Shown here one piece after another: positions 16,969-26,479 of a stretch of DNA of 64,000 bases. Numbering within the stretch: the stretch's first letter is position 1; every line of letters starts with the position of its first letter. Made by a program: the position numbers and the translations under genes. Source of the DNA: a virus. The notes under the pieces are model-generated. The model had not been told where the DNA came from. It saw nothing but the letters and a program-made list of their open reading frames with translations, and did not search any database. The stretch is taken from positions 70,418 to 134,417 of the IMG/VR virus record IMGVR_UViG_3300044716_001642. One strand, given 5' to 3'.

Positions 16969-18249
16969 TTAGACCACTTCTTCTTCAATTAAATCTTGAT
17001 CTTTTAGATCCCTTAGAGCCATATATATTTTAGCGCTTTGTATTCCTATTTTTTCAGCATAGCAAGCATTACCGTCTTTTTTATTAGCCTTAACTACAAG
17101 CACATCGCCTTCTTCTGGAAGTTTTCCAGCATTGTTCTGTTTCACTTCTTCAAGTTTGTCTCTTTTTTCGCTACTGAAAACAAAACACTCTATCTTGCCG
17201 CCTTCATCAGAGAGTTCATACTTGACATACGGATTTCCATTTTTAGAAGTTCTTTTTATTACGTCTGTTACTATTCCAGCAAAAAACAAAGAACTTTTTT
17301 CTTTTGCATTGTTGCACTCTTCAATGCTTTGAATATTTTCGTTTTTTTGTTGAAAAATTTTACTAAGACTTTGGCTATATGGCATTCCGAGAAGCTCTTT
17401 CTCGTAAAAGAAGTTTGCCAAATTTTCATTTCGACTATTAAGCAAGTAAATCGTTTTAAATCTTTCGTAATCTCTTTTGATTGTTGAGAATCTTGAATCT
17501 TTAATAATCAACTTTCCTTTATCGTCTTTAATTTCTGTATTCAGCGCTTTAACTGCTGTTAATACATCTTCGAACTTCTTTTGCTCAATGAGTTGTTTTA
17601 CTAGGATTTTTTCCTTGTCTTTTAATATGTTCCATGTTTGAGCTTCCAGAACTAATCTGCTGCGAGTTTTAGTATTTAAACTTTCCAGCGCGCCAGCTTG
17701 AATTAGGGCAGAAAGAACGCCAATAGAAATTTTCGCCTGTTTTGCGGCAACAAATAAATCTATTTTAGAATTATAAGTGCCCCTAAAATTTATCATTTTT
17801 TCAATTACCTTTTTGCTGATTCCTTTAATAGCAGACAACCCATATCTAATGTTATTGCCTTCAATTTCGAAATCCTCTTGACTTTTTGCCAAGTCTGGCG
17901 GCAGTAATTTGATTCCGAAATGTTTCATTTCTTGGCTGATAGTGCTGATTTCGCTAAGACTATCTTGCTCGTTCTTAGCCATTCTAAGTAAAGCCAGGAA
18001 AAATTCTTTAGAGTGATTAAATTTAAAATAAATAGTCAAAGCCGCCATTGCTGAATAAGAAAAAGCATGGCTGTTTGACGTAACCATGCCCTCAGCAAAA
18101 AAATTATGAAATCGATTTTTTACTTCAAAATCGATACTTTTTTTTATTCCTATACTTCTGGAACTCCTAATTCCAATAATTTTGACATTAGTATTTCCTT
18201 GAAGCTCCCGTCGTTTATCTCCGTCTCCCACAATTCTATTATTGTCCAT
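16969..18249 (-). CDS. dnaE: Split intein C-fragment plus DNA polymerase III alpha C-terminal part (DnaE-C)
   Basis: ...HNFFAEGMVTSN|SHAFSYS intein/extein junction; IRYGLSAIKGI, LIQAGALES, YEKELLG and a C-terminal OB fold. The start codon is uncertain. Confidence 0.92.
   Translation of the reverse strand: MDNNRIVGDGDKRRELQGNTNVKIIGIRSSRSIGIKKSIDFEVKNRFHNFFAEGMVTSNSHAFSYSAMAALTIYFKFNHSKEFFLALLRMAKNEQDSLSEISTISQEMKHFGIKLLPPDLAKSQEDFEIEGNNIRYGLSAIKGISKKVIEKMINFRGTYNSKIDLFVAAKQAKISIGVLSALIQAGALESLNTKTRSRLVLEAQTWNILKDKEKILVKQLIEQKKFEDVLTAVKALNTEIKDDKGKLIIKDSRFSTIKRDYERFKTIYLLNSRNENLANFFYEKELLGMPYSQSLSKIFQQKNENIQSIEECNNAKEKSSLFFAGIVTDVIKRTSKNGNPYVKYELSDEGGKIECFVFSSEKRDKLEEVKQNNAGKLPEEGDVLVVKANKKDGNACYAEKIGIQSAKIYMALRDLKDQDLIEEEVV
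18073..18249 (-). mobile_element. Split intein C-terminal half (Int-C)
   Basis: KIIGIRSSRSIGIKKSIDFEVKNRFHNFFAEGMVTSN; terminal Asn ends at 18073, followed by Ser+1. Confidence 0.9.
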
Positions 18250-19088
18250 TTTAATTTTTTGAAAAAATTTCTTTTGCTTGTGTCCCTGCTCAGGTTTCTT
18301 TTTTGAATTGGATAGATTGCTCCATCTGGATAAAATCTAGGATCAACATGAAAAAATGTTCCCTGACATTCTATTCCTATTTTACGTTTTTTGTCGCCAA
18401 AGTCAAGTGTAAAGTACTCAATTTGCTCCTGGAATTTAAAATCGTCTAATAAATTAATTTCTTTTAAAAACTCTTCAACTTTAAACTCTATTGAGGTTTT
18501 TCTATTGAAAACACCATTTTTCCATTTTTCAGCCTGTCTTATTTTTAATATTCTCTTTGTTTCTTCAGAGTGTTTTTGAGTATGTCTTGCTTTGATTGGA
18601 CTGTTCGCTCTTGCTTGCTTTAGTTTATTTACATGCTCCGCAGACAGCCTTCTACCTTTCATCTTCGGGTTCTCGTAAGATTTTCCGAGATTCCAGGGTT
18701 TTTTCCCGTGCATTGGGTTCTTGTTGCCAACTCTGTCTCTTGACAACTTTTCACATCCTTTTTTAAAATTTTCACAAGTAGATTTATTCACTCCCCCTCT
18801 TGAATAAATGCTTAGAATTAAGCCTCCGCCTCTACATCTGAATCCCACGTTTGTATTTTTACTTGGGCATTTTGGCCACTTTATATTTAAAAATTTTTCA
18901 CAATATTCAATGATAGAAATATTATGAAATTTTTCGATATACTTGCAAAATTTATCCAAATAGTATGGACCATCTGATCTTTTGCTATATATAGAGATAA
19001 TATCTTTATCTGTTTTATTGTCAATCAGGCAGATTTTAAAATCGCTCTTTGGTATGAGATAGTGTGAATCTAGTTTTAATAAGCTCAT
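18150..19088 (-). mobile_element. Free-standing Vsr/DUF559-like homing endonuclease with NUMOD3-like motifs, between the split intein halves
   Basis: PMHGKKPWNLGK, KHSEETKRIL; FTLDFG...IGIECQGTFFH...RDTSKRNFFKKLKWTIIELWETEI. Confidence 0.85.
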
Positions 19089-19089
19089 T

Positions 19090-20877
19090 CTATTCTATAC
19101 ACAGGATTTTATGATTGTTTGATAAAATTTCTGAAATTTTTCTCATTTTTTTATCCTCACACATGAACTTATGATCCATTGAGCATGTAACTAGCCTTCC
19201 GTCTTCCATCTCAAATTCGAACATTTCCGCTTCTGAGAAAACAATGTCTGATATTTCAGCTTCTTCTACTTTATATGTATCGGGATTAAATGAAAGAATT
19301 TTATCTCCGATTTTCGCATCTATCATTGGGATATATTCACCATCTGTTTTCTGAACAATTGTTTCTGGAGAAAGACACTTGCAAAAAGAATAATTTGCGC
19401 TATCACTAAGAGCGTTCCAGTAAAAATCAGCAATTTCTTTAGAGATTCCAAGCTCTTTCGCCTTGTCGTAAATTTTACTCTCCCATTCTGGCATTTCATC
19501 CGACTTCTTTTTGCCAACTATTTTTCTTAAAACCTCTGCTTCTGAAAGGGTTAAACCAAAAACCTTATGCCCGATAGCCATTAAGCTTTCCTGATACAGC
19601 ACTGCGCCACCTGTTTCCTTTAAAATTGCATCAATTTTCTCCCCATTCTCTGGAAAAACACCGGTTTGGGCATATGTCGCATACTGGTCTACAAATGCCA
19701 GCGCCCCTGGTCTTGCAAGCGCCACAACCGCGCTAAGTTGGTCCAAGTTTTTTGGTTGGACCTTTTTACAAACTTTATAATTGGTATCTGCTTCAATTTG
19801 AAACAAGCCTTTTGGATTTTTCAGTTCCTGAAGGTGAGCGTAAATATTTTCATAACTTTCTAAATCAACACTTTTATAGTCAACTCCAACCAATTTTGAC
19901 ACTTCATGAATAACAGATACGCTTTTCAAGCCAAGCAAATCCAGTTTGATATTGATCTTTGTGGCCCAGTCCATTGTAAAGGATGAAACGGTTTCTTTGT
20001 CCGCTGTTAATTCGGTTGGGGTTGTTTTATTTAAATCCTCATAACTGACAACAATTCCAGAAGCGTGAACCCCTTTATTCCTAATAAGGTCTTTTAGCTT
20101 TAAAGCAGTATCATAAATTAATTTATTTTCATCGCACCAATCTTTGAATTCCTCGCTTGTATCGTACATTTCCTCTGGCTCTGCCACCTTGCCATATTTA
20201 GATGTGAAAAGAGATGTTATCTTATTCATCTCGGTTTCTTCTTTTTCTCCGATAATTTTACCAGCATCTTTAATCAGAGCCTTTCCAGATAAAGTGGAAA
20301 CTGTCAACATTTTAGAAGTTCTATTTGGATATTTTTCTTCTAAGTATTTTACCACTTCCTTGCGTCGATAGTAGCAAATGTCGCTATCAATATCGGCAAT
20401 CATTTTCCCATCCAGATAAGTTATACCGTCAACAATTTGTTTTTTAGCCCTAACCTCGGATACAAATCTTTGAAAGAATAATCCATATTTAACTGGGTCA
20501 ATTCCAGTAACACCAAGAAGATACAGCACAAGGCTTCCTGCCGCACTTCCTCTTCCAAGTCCAGTTGGAATATTGTTTTTGTTGCAAAAATTGAATACGT
20601 CCCATATAATCAATATATAGTCAACGAAATCTAATTTGCGTAGTGTTTCAACTTCAAATTTTACTCGACTCTTGTACTCTTCTATATTTCCTCCTTGCGC
20701 CTTCCAAACGGGGAGCATTTTCTTGAATCCTTGATTACACAGCGTTTGCAAAATCTCGAGATTTGTCGCATCATTTTTAATCCCATACTCTTCCCTGTCT
20801 CTTGGATCAAGGGTTATTGAAGGACACCTTACGCCGTGGAGCGGCAGAGTAATTGTTTTGAATTTTTCTAAAAACAT
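19090..20877 (-). CDS. dnaE: DNA polymerase III alpha N-terminal/palm part (DnaE-N) plus split intein N-fragment
   Basis: GLGRGSAAGSLVLYLLGVT, catalytic ADIDSD, KGVHASG, KLDLLGLK, YQESLM; ends ANYSFCK|CLSPET. Confidence 0.95.
   Translation of the reverse strand: MFLEKFKTITLPLHGVRCPSITLDPRDREEYGIKNDATNLEILQTLCNQGFKKMLPVWKAQGGNIEEYKSRVKFEVETLRKLDFVDYILIIWDVFNFCNKNNIPTGLGRGSAAGSLVLYLLGVTGIDPVKYGLFFQRFVSEVRAKKQIVDGITYLDGKMIADIDSDICYYRRKEVVKYLEEKYPNRTSKMLTVSTLSGKALIKDAGKIIGEKEETEMNKITSLFTSKYGKVAEPEEMYDTSEEFKDWCDENKLIYDTALKLKDLIRNKGVHASGIVVSYEDLNKTTPTELTADKETVSSFTMDWATKINIKLDLLGLKSVSVIHEVSKLVGVDYKSVDLESYENIYAHLQELKNPKGLFQIEADTNYKVCKKVQPKNLDQLSAVVALARPGALAFVDQYATYAQTGVFPENGEKIDAILKETGGAVLYQESLMAIGHKVFGLTLSEAEVLRKIVGKKKSDEMPEWESKIYDKAKELGISKEIADFYWNALSDSANYSFCKCLSPETIVQKTDGEYIPMIDAKIGDKILSFNPDTYKVEEAEISDIVFSEAEMFEFEMEDGRLVTCSMDHKFMCEDKKMRKISEILSNNHKILCIE
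19093..19377 (-). mobile_element. Split intein N-terminal half (Int-N, 95 aa)
   Basis: Block A CLSPETIV starting at Cys1 (19377); block B VTCSMDHKF; stop codon follows. Confidence 0.92.
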
Positions 20878-20880
20878 AAT

Positions 20881-21531
20881 TTAGATATCTACTTGAAACT
20901 TCAATTTATTCCAAACTTGGACATTTAGACCAAGATCGTAAAGTGCATCATGCAGCTTTGATTCATCATAAGCTATATTGAAATTAGACGCAACCTTTGA
21001 TAGTGAGTTTTTTGATCCTTTGATAATTTGATTTAATACCTTGTATTGATAAAACGCAAAGTCATTCCCCTTCTGGTATGGAATATTATTGAAATAACCC
21101 TTAGCCATGGCAAAAGTATCAAATATCGGCTTCTTTGAAAGAATGTCTGGATATGGTCTTCCAAGTTTATTATACATGCATTTAATTAAATAAATATCAA
21201 AACCAAGAATATTGTGCCCAACAACACCATCGCAGCTGTTTAAATTTTCAGCCAATATTTTCAATGCATCTATCGGCTTCAGTCCATCTTTGTCCATTCT
21301 TTCTTGAGAATATGAATATGCCATCGCCTCGGCACCTTTTGAAAACTTAAAATCATCGCCCCAATTAATAAGAATATCCTTGCCGCCATCAACAGGCTCT
21401 CCACCAACGGTATTTATCAAAGCCATTTGCCATGGTAAATTGAATCTATAATTAAGACATAGATTCGCGGTTTCAAAGTCAATAAAAAGAAGTTTAACCT
21501 TCTTGTTGAACCTAATAAGATTTTCTTCCAT
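20881..21531 (-). CDS. DEDDh 3'-5' exonuclease (DnaQ/epsilon-like)
   Basis: FIDFET, VVGHNILGFDI, LHDALYDL. Confidence 0.88.
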   Translation of the reverse strand: MEENLIRFNKKVKLLFIDFETANLCLNYRFNLPWQMALINTVGGEPVDGGKDILINWGDDFKFSKGAEAMAYSYSQERMDKDGLKPIDALKILAENLNSCDGVVGHNILGFDIYLIKCMYNKLGRPYPDILSKKPIFDTFAMAKGYFNNIPYQKGNDFAFYQYKVLNQIIKGSKNSLSKVASNFNIAYDESKLHDALYDLGLNVQVWNKLKFQVDI

Positions 21532-21533
21532 TT

Positions 21534-22292
21534 TTATTCCTCAATTTTTTCAAGATAAGATTCCATGCAGAATTCGTCACTGCACATGTGATCAAGATTT
21601 GGTTTTTGCAATGTGGATTTTTTACCAATGCATCTCATTGTCAGGTAAGCAAGAAAGTCGTCTTTCATTTCATAATAAATGGATTGAGTTCTTAGTAACT
21701 CGCATTCCGAGTAATTTTTATCCATATGCTTGGAAAGCGCAGATTTATAAATTTTATCAAATGGGGTAGAATTATCTTCCCAAAAAAATGTTGGACAGCT
21801 CCAAAAATCAGGGGGGAGGCAGTTGTACATTTTCATATGATTATTAAAAAGAAAACTATCATAAAACGGAACACCAATGTCTAATTGGTCATTCCATTCT
21901 TGCTTCAATGTTTTAAAATCCATCCTTGGTAAGTAATAAAAACCGCGAGATGCTGCTGTCGAGAATATTTTGCTCAAGGCTTCATATCCGCCGGACTCTG
22001 TTAAGAAAATTATATATTTTGATTCAGTTTTTATAGACGATTCGCTTTTGTCGTCTATATCTGCACAAAACGTAAGCCTGAGTCCAAAATTTAATTTTAC
22101 ACCACACTCCTTGGAGTTATAGTAAGCCTCTAAAAAACTACTCATATTATCTTCAATAAGAAAGGAGTTTTCTAAATTATGATCCTTTATCAATTTTAGG
22201 ATTGACCTTGGGCCGGAACTGGCGTGATCTTTCTCTAAAGTGAGTATGCTCTTGTTTAGAGAATAGTGGGATTTGAACGCTGGAATAATCAT
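21534..22292 (-). CDS. Stand-alone PHP domain of DNA polymerase III alpha
   Basis: Probable start MIIPAFKSHYSL at 22292 (the 22388 start overlaps the upstream gene); LIEDNMSSF, LNFGLRL, GFYYLPRMDF match the DnaE PHP region. Confidence 0.8.
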   Translation of the reverse strand: MIIPAFKSHYSLNKSILTLEKDHASSGPRSILKLIKDHNLENSFLIEDNMSSFLEAYYNSKECGVKLNFGLRLTFCADIDDKSESSIKTESKYIIFLTESGGYEALSKIFSTAASRGFYYLPRMDFKTLKQEWNDQLDIGVPFYDSFLFNNHMKMYNCLPPDFWSCPTFFWEDNSTPFDKIYKSALSKHMDKNYSECELLRTQSIYYEMKDDFLAYLTMRCIGKKSTLQKPNLDHMCSDEFCMESYLEKIEE

Positions 22293-22326
22293 CGTATGGT
22301 GACAATATGTTTTTTTTAATACTGTT

Positions 22327-23349
22327 TCAAGGAAAGAATGAGTCGTTGGCTTTAAATGCTGGGCATCCAGCATAATAAGCTTCCTCAATGGTCCAGTTTT
22401 TATTTTTTTTGACTTTTTCTTCTGCGTCTTCTTTTTTGAGATGTGAAGATATTTCAGAATCTTTTCCCTCTTTTGTCGGGTCTTTAATTTTAAAGAATTT
22501 TAATTTGTCCCTATATGGACAAACCCATTTGCCTCTGCCGCAAAGCCAAGACTTCTCCTTATCTTTTGAAGCCATGTTTTCTTTGGCAGTCTCTTCATTT
22601 AGATTTTTAAGAACGTCTGTAATGTATTCCAAATAGTGTTCAAGTCCATCCAGTTCATTTTCTGAAAATTCATTGTGTTGATACGGGTCCTCTGGAAAGC
22701 GCATAAAGAAGAAGCTGGCTTTATACTGGTCGTAATTTTTCCAAATTTTCCTAGCAACTAATGAATAAATCATTGCTTGAATATTAGAGTCTTCATCTTC
22801 TCCTTTGAATTTTTTTGAAGAACTTTTGTAATCTAAAATTTTAAGAGTTTTGCCATTGTCCTCTTCTGAAAGTCTATCAATAAAACCTCTGAGCGCGTAT
22901 TTTGGACTATCATTAACTATGTCAAATTCATATTCTGAATGGATTACTTTTTGATTACTGCTGTCAATAAATTCAAATTTTAGCGTAACCATTACCATTT
23001 CGCATACGCTTTCCCAGTTATTTTTAACTCCGTATTTGACTTTGATTGGTTTTACTTCTTCGGACTTGTTTAGCTTCTCGTATGAGAATTGCCTTTCAAG
23101 AAATCTTTTAATTGTTGGAATTTTTTCTGGACTCCCTGCTAGCCATATTTTTTTAATATAGTGATTGTGCTTTGGCTTGGCAATAAGCTCAAACAAATTA
23201 TGAACAACTGTTCCTCTTGAAGCTCCGCTATTGCCACTTTGGGGGATTTTTAAATTATAAGACGCAAAATACTGCCATGAACATGAAGTGAATGTCTTAA
23301 TTTTTGATGCACTCAGGTAGAGTGGTTTTTCTTTTAGTTGTTCTTCCAT
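22327..23349 (-). CDS. PD-(D/E)xK nuclease, Cas4/RecB-like
   Basis: LSASKIKTFTSC, GTVVH, LRGFIDRL, ILDYKSS, QAMIY, C-terminal CGRGKWVCPY...GCP. Confidence 0.85.
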   Translation of the reverse strand: MEEQLKEKPLYLSASKIKTFTSCSWQYFASYNLKIPQSGNSGASRGTVVHNLFELIAKPKHNHYIKKIWLAGSPEKIPTIKRFLERQFSYEKLNKSEEVKPIKVKYGVKNNWESVCEMVMVTLKFEFIDSSNQKVIHSEYEFDIVNDSPKYALRGFIDRLSEEDNGKTLKILDYKSSSKKFKGEDEDSNIQAMIYSLVARKIWKNYDQYKASFFFMRFPEDPYQHNEFSENELDGLEHYLEYITDVLKNLNEETAKENMASKDKEKSWLCGRGKWVCPYRDKLKFFKIKDPTKEGKDSEISSHLKKEDAEEKVKKNKNWTIEEAYYAGCPAFKANDSFFP

Positions 23350-24257
23350 TTTATTATTTGTTCTTCGGTCATTGATCCAAAATCATTATATTCTGGAAGT
23401 TTAATCATTATCTGATCTTTTGAAAAAAAAGTCTCTAAGTTTTTTTTGAAATTTGTTGCAGCAATATTTCCAGCGCCTGTTTTTTTATTGTCAACAGTAT
23501 CATTGTTGAATGCTATTATGATCTTAGCTGGATCCAGCTTCACTAGAGTATAGCAAATATGTTCTAATGAATTTAGCCCAAAAGAAATAATAAAGTTTTT
23601 AACTCCAGCCTGCCACAAGCTCAGCCCATCTCCTATACTTTCAACAATAATACATTCATTTTCTTTACTGATGTGCTCTTGGGTTAAAAACAATGGATAA
23701 TTCCAGTCGCTCCTTTTGCCTATGAGTTTCCATTTTATATCATTATTTGAATATACCGATCTTCCTGCGAATCCTCTTATTTTTTTATCTTCGTCAAAAA
23801 TAGGAAAAACATATCTGCCTGCCATTTTTCCAGTAGAGCACGATCCTCCCTCAAAAAGATCCAGCGTTTCGTTTTTTACGCCCCTGTCGTTCCAATATTT
23901 ATAATTTTTAATAAGCTTCTTTAGCAGTTCTGGATCGAAAAATTTTATATAGTCCAAATTTATTTCCTCCTTATTTTCCGTTGAGTTTGTAAGTTCTATT
24001 CCGTTCTTTTTTATCCATTTTTTTGCAGCAACAAAACTAATTCCAAGAGTCTTCTCTATAAGTTGCTCAATATTTCCAAATTCGTTTCTTGCGAAATCAA
24101 TCCATTTGCCATCTTTTTTATTAATTTTTAAAGAAGTTTCATTTCCAGAGTCTCTGTAAAGAGGTTTAGATCTCCATTCTCTACCCCTATCATTTAGCTT
24201 GTATCCTAACTGCTCCAGTATTTGCTTTATGTCTTCTTGATTATAAGAGGTCGTCAT
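23334..24257 (-). CDS. dnaG: DNA primase (DnaG-like, Toprim)
   Basis: GRYVFPIFD...GFAGR, CIIVESIGDGLSL, IIAFNND; probable start MTTSYN at 24257. Confidence 0.8.
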   Translation of the reverse strand: MTTSYNQEDIKQILEQLGYKLNDRGREWRSKPLYRDSGNETSLKINKKDGKWIDFARNEFGNIEQLIEKTLGISFVAAKKWIKKNGIELTNSTENKEEINLDYIKFFDPELLKKLIKNYKYWNDRGVKNETLDLFEGGSCSTGKMAGRYVFPIFDEDKKIRGFAGRSVYSNNDIKWKLIGKRSDWNYPLFLTQEHISKENECIIVESIGDGLSLWQAGVKNFIISFGLNSLEHICYTLVKLDPAKIIIAFNNDTVDNKKTGAGNIAATNFKKNLETFFSKDQIMIKLPEYNDFGSMTEEQIIKWKNN

Positions 24258-25743
24258 TTTCGTTTTTGTCAACGGCTTTTCCATTTTTATCAAAGATTTG
24301 ATATTTTAATCCACCCTTCTTCACTAGGGCATCAAGGCTACCCTTTTCTTCGACATTGAAGTTTTTAACATCAAAAGATATATAATTGCTAACAAACTTT
24401 TTTTCTCCATCTATATTTCTTTCAACCAAATCAACGTGACCCGCTGCTTCCTTACCCTGGAAGCGGCTCGCTGTTGTGACCAATTTATGAGTTCCCCAGT
24501 CTTCACCGTCTTCAGCAATTTCTTCAATTGTTTTTCTGCGGAAAATGCCAACATAAGAGGCAAACCACTGTAGTCGATCTGAGAGCGCGATTGCCGAAGA
24601 ATCGTCAGAGAAGCTGCCGGCTTTTTTATTTTGACTTTCTCCGCTCCTGTTCATTTGAGTAGAAGTGAGAACCACGCAATTCAATTCTTCTCCAAGTTTT
24701 TTAAGTTTATCTGTTTTATCGCCAATTACTTGATACTCCTTCCAGGATTCTGAAACGCCTTCTCCAGTCATTTTCAAGTAATCGTAAGTGATAATTGCTT
24801 TTTCGCCCCTTCCGACTTTGGAATAATACCATCTCCTTGCAATAGAGAGTATTTCGCTAGTGTTTTTATTTCCAACTTTAAGATGATGAAATTTAAAATT
24901 TTTAATTTTTACCCACGTCTCTCGTATTTTTTGAGTCATTTCTGGATTTTTTCTCCAGTTACCGGTATCGATATACCAAAACGGTATTCCTGAAATTGAC
25001 GCGATAAGTCTTTTTTGAACATCTAGAGTTTCCATTTCCGTGTCAAGGTATAAACAGGAAACCTGACCGTTGTAAACATTATTGCAAATTTTATAATTCA
25101 AATCGCAAAGCATGGTAGTTTTTCCAGATTTTGGTCTTGCTACAAACGCATATAGATTTTTTGGTCTAAGTCCGCCGTAAAGCCTATTGAAATCAGTAAA
25201 CGGGGTCAAGAATCCAGAATCATCAACTGGATTGTTTCCAATTTCCTCAATTTGGAACTGGGCGTCTTCAAAAATATTGACAGGCTCTTCGAAAAGATCA
25301 TAAGCGCTAATTTTTTCATTATAAATAGCATCAGCGGCAGAAATAATTTGATCTGCGCTCATCTCTTCTTTTGCGGACATTTTGCTTTTAAGTTTTTCCG
25401 CTGTCTCAAAAATTTCCCTACGAATAGTTAGGGTTTTCAGTGTTTTTGCCGATTCAATAAAAGCCTTTTCAGAAAGGTTGATGAGGCTGAGACTTTGCAA
25501 GTATTCAAAGATATTTACAGTATTCTTGAATGTAATGCCTAAATTTTTAATTTTCTCACTTATTAGAACATTATCAACGTCTTCATTTTGACCGATTGAG
25601 GACTTTATAACAGAAAAAATAACAGAATGGACGTCGTGATAAAAATCTTTCTCACTTACGAAGATATCAATCTCAAAAAATTGCTTGGGATATTTTAAGC
25701 AGCCGGCTATAACGTGTTTTTCTACGGGTAGTGAATAAATCAT
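24241..25743 (-). CDS. dnaB: Replicative DnaB-like helicase
   Basis: EKHVIAGCL N-domain, Walker A ARPKSGKT, YLDTEM, ITYDYLK, STQMNR. Confidence 0.9.
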   Translation of the reverse strand: MIYSLPVEKHVIAGCLKYPKQFFEIDIFVSEKDFYHDVHSVIFSVIKSSIGQNEDVDNVLISEKIKNLGITFKNTVNIFEYLQSLSLINLSEKAFIESAKTLKTLTIRREIFETAEKLKSKMSAKEEMSADQIISAADAIYNEKISAYDLFEEPVNIFEDAQFQIEEIGNNPVDDSGFLTPFTDFNRLYGGLRPKNLYAFVARPKSGKTTMLCDLNYKICNNVYNGQVSCLYLDTEMETLDVQKRLIASISGIPFWYIDTGNWRKNPEMTQKIRETWVKIKNFKFHHLKVGNKNTSEILSIARRWYYSKVGRGEKAIITYDYLKMTGEGVSESWKEYQVIGDKTDKLKKLGEELNCVVLTSTQMNRSGESQNKKAGSFSDDSSAIALSDRLQWFASYVGIFRRKTIEEIAEDGEDWGTHKLVTTASRFQGKEAAGHVDLVERNIDGEKKFVSNYISFDVKNFNVEEKGSLDALVKKGGLKYQIFDKNGKAVDKNENDDLL

Positions 25744-25752
25744 TGCTCATGC

Positions 25753-25781
25753 AGAGTATTGTTTTTTTATAAACGTGTCAA
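25753..25781 (-). promoter_or_regulatory. Sigma70-like promoter TTGACA-N17-TACTCT
   Basis: Perfect -35, 17-nt spacer, upstream of the helicase start. Confidence 0.6.
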
Positions 25782-26069
25782 CTACTCTTCCTCATCTTCG
25801 TCTGTGTCGTCATTTTCGTTTTGAATGCCATAAGCATTCCAGATATCGTGTTTGAATTTTTCTTTTCTAACTTCTCTTTCTGCGTCAAGCCAATCAAGTG
25901 CAAATCCTTTTACTTGAGACTCTTGACCAATTCCGTCAAAGCTTTCATATACTGAAGGTCTATTGTTTTCATCTAAAATAAAAATAATATATCCGCCGCC
26001 ACTCATCTCTTCCATTTGAGATAAAATAGATTCTGGAAGTTCAAACATGTGATTATATTTATCGTTCAT
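25782..26069 (-). CDS. Hypothetical acidic protein (95 aa)
   Basis: Overlapping operon packing. Confidence 0.7.
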   Translation of the reverse strand: MNDKYNHMFELPESILSQMEEMSGGGYIIFILDENNRPSVYESFDGIGQESQVKGFALDWLDAEREVRKEKFKHDIWNAYGIQNENDDTDEDEEE

Positions 26070-26479
26070 AATGTAATATCGAATTTTTTTTCTATTTCTT
26101 CTTTATTTAAACCGAGAGTCTCATAATCATAGATCTCCACTAGTTTAATATTATTAATTTCAAGCCATTTGATTTTTTGAAAATCTCTTTTTATTGACTT
26201 TATGAAGCCTATTCTGGTTTTATGAAAAAACTTACTAAAAGATTCGTGCTGTTGTCCGGAAACTTCAACGGCAATCATTTTAGAAAAATTTATCAAATCT
26301 ACTCGAAGTCTACTTCCTGGAATTATAAACTCTTCGCACACGGTATCTCCAAGCCAGAATTCTTTCAAAAATTGCTTTGCCCTGTACTGGGGAACGCTAG
26401 CCCTCTCTTTGTCCCATTCTATTCTGTATTTAGAGGGGGATATTTTTCTTTCTTTCCCTCTTATGTCTAATAGAATCAT
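26066..26479 (-). CDS. Putative PD-(D/E)xK/DUF559-like endonuclease
   Basis: EEFIIPGSRLRVDLINFSKMIAVEVSGQQH...RDFQKIKWLEINNIKLVEI. Confidence 0.65.
   Translation of the reverse strand: MILLDIRGKERKISPSKYRIEWDKERASVPQYRAKQFLKEFWLGDTVCEEFIIPGSRLRVDLINFSKMIAVEVSGQQHESFSKFFHKTRIGFIKSIKRDFQKIKWLEINNIKLVEIYDYETLGLNKEEIEKKFDITL

Noticed and set aside
19090-19092. A contiguous (cis-splicing) intein broken by sequencing errors
   Set aside because: Int-N ends in a genuine TAG at a typical Int-N length, the endonuclease has its own ATG, and at least a stop plus two frame changes would have to be errors.
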